This document shows, in pieces, positions 1 to 8,393 of a stretch of DNA of 64,000 bases. Both the position numbers and the translations under genes were made by a program. Numbering within the stretch: the first letter of the stretch is position 1; every line of letters starts with the position of its first letter. The notes under the pieces were generated by a model that saw only the letters and a list, made by a program, of their open reading frames with translations, ran no database searches and was not told the origin of the DNA. This DNA comes from an uncultured delta proteobacterium (GTDB lineage Bacteria > Desulfobacterota > Syntrophia > Syntrophales > UBA5619), in contig CAWFOM010000007.1 of assembly GCA_963817385.1 (NCBI GenBank), positions 1 to 64,000 of the forward strand. Direction: 5' to 3'.

Positions 1-567
1 GGGTTGACTGAAAACAAGTTTGACCTGCCGGATGCTTTCCGCATCCCCGACCACGAACAGGATATCGCCGTCGGCAAACTGCAGGCTTGCGGCAGGATTG
101 GAAATGATCTGCCCGACGCGGTTGACGGCCAGCAGCGTGACGCCGTGTTTCTTGCGCATCTGGGTCTCCTGAAGCGTCTTCCCGATGGCGGCGGAGCCGT
201 TTGTAATGCGGAAGGAGGTGATTTCCAGATCCGGCAGGCAGCTTTCAACGGTGCAGGATGGTTGAGCGTTCCGGGATTGACTCCTGAACATTTCATAGCC
301 GTCCAGCGACCAGCCCAGAAGGGCCGTTTTCCGGATCTGGAGGAAGATTCGATGCCGATGGTGAACAACAGCAGCACGATGCCCGTTTCCGCCAGCGTCT
401 TGACCGCTTTGACCTCTCTGACCAGGCCTCCGTCCGTGCGGTCCCGCAATGACGCCGGTCAGCAGGAATCCCACAATAATCGGCAGGTGCATCCGCTGGG
501 AGACGTACAGCACGACGACCGAGAGCAGGACGATGATCAGGAGGTCATTGAGGAGCAATGGGTGCAT
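1..567 (-). pseudogene. Kef-type (CPA2) K+/H+ antiporter remnant: N-terminal TM segment joined to a C-terminal TrkA-C domain
   Basis: Manual translation from ATG 567 gives MHPLLLNDLLIIVLLSVVVLYVSQRMHLPIIVGFLLTGVIAGPHG, then (other frame) LAETGIVLLLFTIGIE; about 150 nt further on AIGKTLQETQMRKKHGVTLLAVNR...GDILFVVG (TrkA-C-like). Most of the middle is missing; runs off the window edge. Confidence 0.7.
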
Positions 568-666
568 GTTCTTTTTCCAGCGAGGGTTCTTTTTGTTTGC
601 GTATCATCAGCGAAAGATATTATGGCCTATTTACGGAAGTCAAGGAGATAATCCCTCAGTAACTAT

Positions 667-695
667 TTGTTTCTTTGATTAAAGTATTGTATGTT
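667..695 (+). promoter_or_regulatory. Candidate cassette promoter (Pc-like)
   Basis: TTGTTT(667-672)-17 bp-TATGTT(690-695), about 45 bp upstream of the first GTT crossover point; AT-rich, so could be chance. Confidence 0.3.
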
Positions 696-714
696 CCAAT
701 CCTAAACGGAAGGA

Positions 715-745
715 ATCGGCCGATCCAATATATCAATAGTTCGGT
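715..745 (+). other. Putative attI site (first crossover G^TT at 739)
   Basis: The array begins at ...CCAATATATCAATA-GTTCGGT with no upstream R''/hairpin, i.e. a non-palindromic site preceding the first cassette. Confidence 0.45.
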
Positions 746-909
746 CGCGCTGCGCGCGCCCGAACGGCGAGTTGCGCGGGGCGCCTCGCCCGATTAGTCC
801 GACCGCGCGCTGATTCGCGCGGCCAAACAAATGGTTCGAAGCCCTTCGCCCTCGGACTGGCGAGTAAACTCGCCAGTCCGAGGGCGAACCGCTCAACTCG
901 CCGTTGTGC
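739..909 (+). repeat. ORF-less cassette copy 1 (short palindromic body plus attC-like site 759-909)
   Basis: GTTCGGTCGCGCTGCGCGCGCCCGAAC-GGCGAGTTGCGCGG...CCGCTCAACTCGCC-GTTGTGC; near-identical copies at 2412 and 4939. Confidence 0.9.
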
Positions 910-930
910 AACATGAAATGGAGGATATCT

Positions 931-1785
931 ATGAATCCACTCAATACTCCAGCATATAATCTATTCTATCATCTCAATGCCCTTAATGGATTGTTATTCA
1001 CTCTCGACGGTCAGCTTACAAATTTTGATAAATTATATAGAGATTCAATTTCAGAGGCATCATTTGACATATCAAGAATTTTCTCTGTATCTACCCTCGC
1101 AATTAGAGATTTGACAGAATGGCCGGGAAGTGGCGTTGCAATATATCATTATACGCCTGGTGGGTTTTCGACAAAAGGTGAGGAATACCTCAAGCTCATA
1201 AAAGTATTTTTGGCTCGTGAGTCCGCATGGACAGTCTCACAGGGTTATGAGACATTTGAAACTTTTTTAAAAGATGCTTCAGCAATATCCATTTTGGAAA
1301 ATCAAGGGCTAGTAGATGCAAACCATGTGGAAAAATTTGAAGTCAACAAAAGAAGCAAAAACTTGACTAAGATGGATTTCGCCTTTTGGAGAGAGTACAT
1401 AGAATACAGTTATAAGAAGAATGAGGAAATATTGAAATTTATTCGAAAAATATGCCCAGACATTTCTAAAGGCGAAAAGGAAAATAATCGTGCAATTGAT
1501 ATGACTGAATGGTTTACCGTGGTCGGAGAAGTGCGAAACAGCGCAACTCATTCAGATTTCATAATACGCGCCCATAGAATGAAAAACTGGTCGCAAAAGC
1601 AACGAAATATTTTAAATAAATATTTCCCCGGTATCTATGAAAATCAAGAATATAAACTGAATATTACTATTAAGGATGCAACATTTTGCCTTGAACTTTT
1701 TTCTGAATATGCATTTCAAATATATAAGTTCCTGTCGATTTCAAGAGGGTATGATTGGAATATTTTACAAAAGGAAAAAGGATAA
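931..1785 (+). CDS. Cassette protein with RxxxxH (RNSATH) motif, putative HEPN-domain RNase
   Basis: ORF track 904-1785; GGAGG RBS before ATG 931; EVRNSATHSD in the C-terminal half; low GC. Confidence 0.55.
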   Translation: MNPLNTPAYNLFYHLNALNGLLFTLDGQLTNFDKLYRDSISEASFDISRIFSVSTLAIRDLTEWPGSGVAIYHYTPGGFSTKGEEYLKLIKVFLARESAWTVSQGYETFETFLKDASAISILENQGLVDANHVEKFEVNKRSKNLTKMDFAFWREYIEYSYKKNEEILKFIRKICPDISKGEKENNRAIDMTEWFTVVGEVRNSATHSDFIIRAHRMKNWSQKQRNILNKYFPGIYENQEYKLNITIKDATFCLELFSEYAFQIYKFLSISRGYDWNILQKEKG

Positions 1786-1790
1786 TAGCT

Positions 1791-1846
1791 GTACAACAAG
1801 ATCAATACAGCCGATCGCTGCGCTCCGGCTGATTTTTTCGTTAGCC
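1791..1846 (+). repeat. attC site
   Basis: R'' GTACAAC ... CAGCCGATCGCTGCGCTCCGGCTG ... R' GTTAGCC; R'' matches the cassette start GTTGTGC (903) with one difference. Confidence 0.85.
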
Positions 1847-1863
1847 TTATAGGAGGAAACACT

Positions 1864-2343
1864 ATGGCAACTATCAAAAACAAAATCGTCCCGCACCTGT
1901 GGTTCGACAAGGAAGCTAAGGAAGCAGCCAAGTTTTACACGTCTGTATTCAAGGATTCACGGATCAAAAGCACTGCAACGATTCAGAACACCCCTTCGGG
2001 GGCAGTGGACATCGTAACTTTCGAACTTTTGGGGCAAGAGTTCATGGCTATTAGTGCAGGTCCGCTTTTCAAGTTCAACGAGTCGATATCGTTTATTGTC
2101 AAGTGTGATACACAGGAAGAAATTGATTACTACTGGGATAACCTAACCAGCGAAGGCGGCCAGGAAATTGAATGCGGTTGGCTTAAAGATAAGTATGGCC
2201 TGTCATGGCAGATCGTTCCTACAATTATGAACGAAATGATGAAATCGAAAGACCCCAAGAGATTGGCGCGGGTAACTCAAGCATTCCTCAAGATGAAGAA
2301 GTTTGACATTGCTGCCCTACAAAAGGCGTATGACGGAAAGTAA
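1864..2343 (+). CDS. VOC/PhnB-like (3-demethylubiquinone-9 3-methyltransferase family) cassette protein
   Basis: KIVPHLWFD...AAKFYTSVF...FKFNESISF...CGWLKDKYGLSWQIVP. Confidence 0.9.
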   Translation: MATIKNKIVPHLWFDKEAKEAAKFYTSVFKDSRIKSTATIQNTPSGAVDIVTFELLGQEFMAISAGPLFKFNESISFIVKCDTQEEIDYYWDNLTSEGGQEIECGWLKDKYGLSWQIVPTIMNEMMKSKDPKRLARVTQAFLKMKKFDIAALQKAYDGK

Positions 2344-2361
2344 GAAAAAAACCTGAGTTTA

Positions 2362-2418
2362 GGCTAACCATGGCATCCACCGGACGGCTAAAGCCGCCGC
2401 TGATGCCCGTCGTACGGT
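2362..2418 (+). repeat. attC site with non-canonical R' (GTACGGT)
   Basis: R'' GGCTAAC (pairs with GTTAGCC at 1840); GGCATCCACCGGACGGC/GCCGCCGCTGATGCC stem. Confidence 0.8.
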
Positions 2419-2582
2419 CGCGCTGCGCGCGACCGTACGACGAGTTGCGCGTAGCGACTCGCCCGATTAGTCCGACCGCGCGCTGATTCGCGCGGCCGAT
2501 CAAATCGTTCGAGCCCTTCTCCCTCGGACTCGGCGAGTACACTCGCCAGCCCGATTGCGAACCGCTCAACTCGCCGTTATGC
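2412..2582 (+). repeat. ORF-less cassette copy 2
   Basis: GTACGGTCGCGCTGCGCGCGACCGTAC-GACGAGTTGCGC...CCGCTCAACTCGCC-GTTATGC. Confidence 0.9.
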
Positions 2583-2593
2583 ACTAACCGATT

Positions 2594-3689
2594 ATGAACG
2601 AAGGCACTTTATACATACTGGGGGCTGGAGCATCTATTGGAGCAGACCGTATTCCAAAGGACCGTTACAGTCTTAGGAGTCGCATGCCTTAGGGTCCAAC
2701 TTTTTCTATGATTGTGGCGTGTTTGACGCCCCCAAGAACCCGAATATTGATTTTCTAAATGTAATAGCCTTTACATATGAAGGCCTGAACCAGATAATTG
2801 AGAAATCGTGGCGATTGGAGTCTACGATCCAGACTTTTGAAAAAGAGGAGTGGAAAGGGGTTAACATAGAGGATGTTTTTACTTTTCTGGATACAGGAGA
2901 AAAGCTGTATCGGAAAAACAGCAAAATAAGCAAGGCTTTCAAATCTGCAAAGAAGTCGCTAACCGATTATATCTTCCTTGAAATAGCCATGCGCTCACTT
3001 GGCCAAAGATGTAAGCACCTGGAGACTCTTTTTAAGAACATATCAGATAAGGATAGTATCTTTAGCTTTAATTGGGACACCATTGCTGAGACGACTTTGG
3101 AATACCTGAAGCTACCGCACTATGAAAACTATTTGAAGTTGTGCTGATAATAAATTCAAAGTCAATGAATACCTTCAAACATGTCTCCTACTAAAGTTGC
3201 ATGGCTCTATCAACTGGATGATATGCACAAATCGTCAATGTGTCTCTTACAATAGGAACCAACTTATGTTGAGTGGTAAGTCACGTATGGTTAAAGACCT
3301 TAAACTTGGAGACCTTGATAGATGTGAATCATGCGGAAGTAATCTCATTAAGAATATAATACCCCCTACATCAAACAAGATAGCCATTCATCAGGATTCA
3401 TACATGCACCGGATTTGGCTGCTGGCAAGGGAAAAGCTCAGGTTCTTTAAGAGACTGGTGTTTATTGGCTATTCTTTTCCCCACAGATTTCTATTCAGAA
3501 TGGCTGTTTCGGCAAATCAATTTGCTGCAATCTCAAGATGACAATGGTTGCGTGATGGATGTTGACATCGTAAACCCAGAAATCTTCGATAAAGGTACAA
3601 CAACTTATCATCGTTACCATACTATCTTTAGAGGACATCGCATCAGAAAATACAGGAATTTGGGAGAGTATCTTAGAAAAAATGCATAA
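2594..3689 (+). pseudogene. SIR2-like (SIR2_2) cassette protein with Cys-pair insertion, split by frameshifts (real or assembly error)
   Basis: Fragments in different frames: MNEGTLYILGAGASIG, IFSFNWDT, KLHGSINW, CTNRQC...CESC, IIPPT, LVFIGYSF. Confidence 0.75.
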
Positions 3690-3690
3690 C

Positions 3691-4013
3691 CCAGTACCAG
3701 CAGAAGACGCATTCAACACCCACGACGATGTCCTCCAGATAGGGGGAGATGAGTTGGAAAAACAGTTCAGGGTCGGTGTTGATATTTTCATGAACCATTG
3801 CTTTGCCTTTTTGATCGAGAATACAGACGTACATTTTTCTGGCATGCAGATCGATGCCGCAGTAATACTGGTGTTGCCGATTGTAAAATTTCATATTGCC
3901 TCCTTTTTTCGTTAAGGGTTGAGTTGTGGAAAACTCTTTATATTCTTCACGATTAAAGGAGGCAACCAGTCCTGAGAATTTGTTAAACTGGCTGGAAGGC
4001 CATAACTATTATC
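3691..4013 (-). mobile_element. Truncated IS110/IS1111-family element inserted in an attC
   Basis: ATG 3894: MKFYNRQHQYYCGIDLHARKMYVCILD...VVGVEC (DEDD RuvC-like N-terminus); breaks off exactly at R'' GCATAAC (3684-3690); attC-like sequence AAGCGCTTGCAGGCG resumes at about 4014. Confidence 0.8.
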
Positions 4014-4030
4014 AAGCGCTTGCAGGCGCC

Positions 4031-4051
4031 CCGCTCAACTCGCCGTTAGGC
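4031..4051 (+). repeat. 3' remnant of the ORF-less cassette, forming the right arm of a chimeric attC
   Basis: CCGCTCAACTCGCC-GTTAGGC, identical to the 3' end of the three full copies up to GTT. Confidence 0.85.
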
Positions 4052-4092
4052 AGTGACCGAATCTATTCACACCCGTAAGGAGATTTTCTGCA

Positions 4093-4838
4093 ATGGACAT
4101 TCCACGGATCTTCAACATCACCGAAAGTGCTCACCGCATCCATAACCCGTTCACACCCAAAAAAGCTCGCCACTCTCGGCGCGGCGCTGCGTCTGGAAAC
4201 GGGGACCCGAGTGCTCGACCTCGGCAGCGGTTCGGGGGAGATGCTGTGTACCTGGGCACGCGATTACGGAGTCATCGGCACCGGCATCGACATGAGCCAG
4301 TTGTTCACCGAGCAAGCGAAACTCCGCGCTGAAAAACTCGGTGTCGCCGATCAAGTCAGGTTCATCCATGGCGATGCTGCCGGCTTCGTCTCTGACGAGA
4401 AGGCCGGTGTGGCAGCCTGTCTCGGTGCCACGTGGATCGCTGGGGGAGTCGTCGGCACAATCGAGCTTCTGGCGCAGAGCCTCCGACCCGGAGGGATCAT
4501 CCTCATCGGCGAACCCTACTGGCGGCAGTTACCGCCGACGGAACATGTTGCCAGGGGGTGTCTCGCCGCCTCAATCTCCGACTTTCTCCTGCTTCCAGAA
4601 CTTCGCGTCTTTCGGCCACCTCGGCTACGACGTCGTGGAAATGGTTTTGGCAGACCAAGACAGCTGGGACAGATACGAGGCGGCGAAGTGGTTCACCATG
4701 CGCCGATGGCTTGAAGCCAATCCCGACAACGAGTTCGCGAAAGATGTTCGAGCCAAACTAACCTCGGAACCCGAGCGCTACGCCGCTTACACGCGTGAAT
4801 ACCTGGGCTGGGGCGTGTTCGCGCTGATGACGCGGTGA
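4093..4838 (+). CDS. Class I SAM-dependent methyltransferase (YjhP-like) cassette, two apparent frameshifts
   Basis: MDIPRIFNITESAHRIHNPFT / VLDLGSGSGEMLCTWARD / WDRYEAAKW...REYLGWGVFALM across ORFs 4093, 4127 and 4341. Confidence 0.85.
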
Positions 4839-4882
4839 TAGAGATACCGGGCGACTCAGAAAGTGGGGGAAATCCCAATCAT

Positions 4883-4945
4883 GCCTAACAACTCATTCAA
4901 GCCGACGCCGCTTCGCGGCGCGGCTTGACATTTCAGGCGTTCGGT
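4883..4945 (+). repeat. attC site (short classic type)
   Basis: GCCTAACAACTCATTCAAGCCGACGCCGCTTCGCGGCGCGGCTTG...CAGGC-GTTCGGT; R'' pairs with GTTAGGC at 4045. Confidence 0.92.
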
Positions 4946-5106
4946 CGCGCTGCGCGCGCCCGAACGGCGGGTCGCGGGGCGCCTCGCCCGATTAGTCCGA
5001 CCGCGCGCTGATTCGCGCAGCCAGACAAATCATGAAGCCCTTCGCCCTCGGACTTAGCGAGTAAACTCGCCAGCCTGATTGCGAACCGCTCAACTCGCCG
5101 TTATGC
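4939..5106 (+). repeat. ORF-less cassette copy 3
   Basis: GTTCGGTCGCGCTGCGCGCGCCCGAAC-GGCGGGTCGCGG...CCGCTCAACTCGCC-GTTATGC. Confidence 0.9.
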
Positions 5107-5164
5107 GGATTAAGACGAAAAGAAAGACTATATAGATGAGTCCAGAAGAAGGGAGGCTCGGGTC

Positions 5165-5800
5165 ATGTTCGCTATAAATCACGCAGCTACCGGACTGATT
5201 ATCAAAAAGATATATCCCGATGTACAAATCCTTCGATTTTAGTATCGGTCCAACTAATAGAGATCTCTGGGTTGTATTAAACTTTCTCCACATAGAAAAG
5301 ACAACAACTAAAAACAAAGTAAAATCAGTCAGTGACGTACATCTTGAGTATATGCCATTTTCTCACTCAGTTGTCTCCACGGCTGTTTTGGCGGCTGGCG
5401 CATGGATACTTTTTGCCTTCGGCTTCAAAGAGGTTGATGTAGGAATAGCCGTTGCGCTTGGGATATGTTCTCACCTTGTGCTAGACCTGATTAGTCATGC
5501 TCGCGATATTGTCATAGCGCCCCTTTTGGACAGCAGAAAGTTCGGTCTGGGGCTCTATGAGAAGCCGGCTGTTGCATTCGCGGTCGAGACAATTTATGGG
5601 ATTTTCTGCTGGTGGGTATACGGAGGAAGTACAGCGTTTTACTGTGGATAATCGTCCTTTTTAATCTCGCTAATGCCTCTTTCTTTATCAAAGCGATTCC
5701 CGGCCCGGAAAGATTCTTGGCACATAGGCCATTCTGGATTACGACCATAGTTGCACTGCAAATTATCGTGACGGCGGTACTTGTGGGGTTATTCAGCTGA
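5165..5800 (+). CDS. Membrane-bound metal-dependent hydrolase-like cassette protein, frameshifted
   Basis: MFAINHAATGLIIKK / MPFSHS / SHLVLDLISH motifs with hydrophobic segments across ORFs 5220 and 5612. Confidence 0.65.
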
Positions 5801-5902
5801 GGCAATGTTCTTGGAAGGGATGCTAAGTAAAGCCCGACATGCTGAAGGCTGGGAGAAGCTCAAATATGCCTGGAAGAATTAAAGCAGAGGGCTAATAGGG
5901 CG

Positions 5903-5974
5903 GCATAACCATCGCATGCACAACGGACTGGCTCCAGCTTCGCTTCCGCCAGCCGGTGATGCGGAACGTTACAC
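5903..5974 (+). repeat. attC site (last in array)
   Basis: R'' GCATAAC, CGCATGCAC...GGTGATGCG, R' GTTACAC; followed by an RBS and a very short ORF stub. Confidence 0.85.
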
Positions 5975-6087
5975 ATACAATAAAAGATAAGGAGAAAGGA
6001 CAAAATGAAAGGAAATGAAAATCAACATGCAGCCAATGTGGCCGTCTCCTCATGAGTAGATTTCGTTTGCCGAAATAGCCGGACCTT

Positions 6088-7429
6088 TCAGGCGTTGCGG
6101 ATGAGGAGGGCGCCGAAGAAGCCGTCCATGCCCTGAAGATGGGGGGAGGTCCGGAAGAACCCTTGGGCGTCGATGAGAGCCGGGGGAAGGTCTTCCGGGG
6201 GGATATGGGTAAAATCCGGCCGATTTCTGAGAAAATCGCCGATGACGATCTCGTTTTCCTCCGGCGTAACGGCGCAGACGCTGTAGACGAGCCGTCCGCC
6301 CGGCCGGACGCACCCCGCGGCGCTTGCGAGGAGGCGTTTCTGAATCTGCATGCATTTGTTGAGATCCTGCGGGGTGATCCGCCAGCGGATCTCCGGATTC
6401 CGCCGGAGGGTGCCGAGGCCCGAGCAGGGGGCGTCCAGGAGGACCCGGTCGAAGACCCCGCGGAAACTCTCCGCCGGCGCTGCGGCGTCTCCCGTTCGCG
6501 TCTCCACGATCGTCACCCCCAGGCGTTCCGCCTCCTCGCGGAGCATCCGGAGTCTCGCCGAATGGAGATCGACGGCCGTGATGCTCCCCCGGTTCTCCAT
6601 CAGGGCCGCCAGGTGCAGGGTCTTTCCTCCCGCGCCGGCGCAGAGATCGAGGAGCCGTTCGCCGGGTTTGGGAGCGACGAGACGGGCGATGAGCTGAGAG
6701 GCCTCGTCCTGAATCCTGATCAGCCCCTCTCTGTAGGGGGCCGTCTCCCGGAGACCGGCGGCAGGGGAGGTGAGGATGATGCCGTCGGCGGAGAAGGGCG
6801 TCGGTTCGGCGGCAATGCCCTCGTTTCGCGAGCGCCGCCAGCGCCTGCCCGCGCGATGCCTTCAGGGTGTTTACGCGGAGCGCGAGCGGCGGGACGGCGT
6901 TATTCGCACGGCAGATCGCGATGGTTTCCTCCCCGTTGAACTGGGCGAGCAGACGCCTGACCAGCCAAGGGGGGTGGGAGTGGAGAACGGCGATCGCTTT
7001 CTCGGGGTCCTTTGCCATATCGGGCCAGGCGATGGCCTCCTTCTTCCGAAGGGCATTCCGGAGGACGGCATTCACCAGCCCCGAGGCGGCCGGAGAGAGG
7101 GCCCGGGCGATTCCCACGGCCTCGTTGACCGCGGCGAAGGGGGGAATCCGGTCGGTGAATAAAAGCTGGTAGAGGCCCGTCCGGAGGATGTTCCGGACCG
7201 CCGTTTCCAGCGCGGCCATCTCCCCCCGGTAGAGCTGCCCGATGATCCAGTCCAGGCGGCCCCGCATCCGAAGCGTGCCGTAGACCAGCTCGGTGAGAAG
7301 CCCCCGGTCGGCGGGGGACGCAAGCGCCGTACCGGAAAGCGCGGCGTCCAGGAGGGGCTCCGCATAGGCGCCTTCCGTCTCTATCCGGTTCAGGATCTCG
7401 ACGGCGATCTGCCGGGGGGAATGTTTCAT
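6088..7429 (-). CDS. rsmB: 16S rRNA m5C967 methyltransferase RsmB (frameshift near 6825)
   Basis: NusB-like N-terminus, SHPPWLV, LRVNTLK; VLLDAPCSGLGTLRRNPEIRW in a second frame. Confidence 0.92.
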
Positions 7430-7442
7430 GGCGTGTTGCCTC

Positions 7443-8381
7443 TTAGCCCAGAACCTGTCCCGGTGCGATCCGGACACCGCGGAGAAAATCGCGGACGGCC
7501 AGCCGCTTCTTCCCCTCGATCTGCATCTCCTTCAGCAGCACATACCCGTCTCCGGCCGCAACGCGGAGACCGGCGTCCGTCTCTCCGACAACCGTTCCCG
7601 GCGCCTCCGTGACGGCCGTCGTCTCCGCTTCGGCCGTATAGATCTTCAGCTGTTTTCCCTCGAGGAAGGTGTAGGCGCACGGGGAAGGGGAGAGTCCCCG
7701 GATGAGCGACACGATGCTCCGGGCATCGTTCTTCCAGCGGATCAGGCCGTCTTCCCGGCCGAGGCGGGGGGCAAGGGTCGCCAGCCGATGCTCCTGGGGG
7801 CGCGGCCGAAGCGTCCCCGTTTCCATCATGGCCAGGGTGATCAGGAGCAGCTCCGCGCCCATCTTCGCGAGGCGGTCATGGAGTTCGCCGAAGGTCTCTT
7901 CCGCTCCGATCGGCGTCTCCTCCTGGAGGAGGATGTCGCCGGAATCGACCCCTTCGTCCATCTGCATGATCGTGACCCCGGTCTTCTCCTCGCCCCGGAT
8001 CAGCGCCCAGTTGATCGGCGCCGCCCCGCGGTACTTCGGGAGGAGCGAAGGGTGGATGTTGATGCAACCTCGCCGCTGGCCGCGGATGATCTCTCCCGGG
8101 AGGATCTGTCCGAAGGCCGCGACGATGACGAGATCCGGCGCGAGCTGGCGGAAGGTTTCGAGAAATTCCGGGGATCTGACCTTTTCCGGTTGGAGGACCG
8201 TCAGGCCGAGTCTGTTGGCGGCGAGTTTGACGGGAGGCGGTGCGGTCGTCCGTCCCCGCCCCTGCGGGCGGTCGGGCTGGGTGACGACGCCGATGACGGG
8301 ATAGCCGTTTTTTACCAGGCCTTCCAGGGCCGGAACGGCGAAGGCGGGCGTTCCCATGAAGAGTATGCGCGGTTTGGGCAT
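7443..8381 (-). CDS. fmt: Methionyl-tRNA formyltransferase
   Basis: FMGTPAFA, NIHPSLLPKYRGAAPI. Confidence 0.97.
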   Translation of the reverse strand: MPKPRILFMGTPAFAVPALEGLVKNGYPVIGVVTQPDRPQGRGRTTAPPPVKLAANRLGLTVLQPEKVRSPEFLETFRQLAPDLVIVAAFGQILPGEIIRGQRRGCINIHPSLLPKYRGAAPINWALIRGEEKTGVTIMQMDEGVDSGDILLQEETPIGAEETFGELHDRLAKMGAELLLITLAMMETGTLRPRPQEHRLATLAPRLGREDGLIRWKNDARSIVSLIRGLSPSPCAYTFLEGKQLKIYTAEAETTAVTEAPGTVVGETDAGLRVAAGDGYVLLKEMQIEGKKRLAVRDFLRGVRIAPGQVLG

Positions 8382-8393
8382 GTCCGGAACCTC

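Larger units (their letters stand above)
739..5974 (+). mobile_element. Integron gene-cassette array without adjacent integrase (CALIN-like)
   Basis: Eight attC or attC-like sites; each cassette's R'' is complementary to the GTTNNNN at its own start; co-oriented, mostly AT-rich ORFs. Confidence 0.9.

Noticed and set aside
4..651. 215-aa plus-strand ORF
   Set aside because: Antisense shadow of the Kef remnant; no integrase or other recognisable motifs
702..944. Similar minus-strand ORFs (702-944, 2288-2584) over the repeated element
   Set aside because: Starts and stops lie in unrelated flanks and copies differ by indels; the similarity just reflects the repeat
739..5106. CRISPR array interpretation of the repeats
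   Set aside because: Repeats are ~165 bp, separated by whole genes, carry attC-type ends, and no cas genes are present
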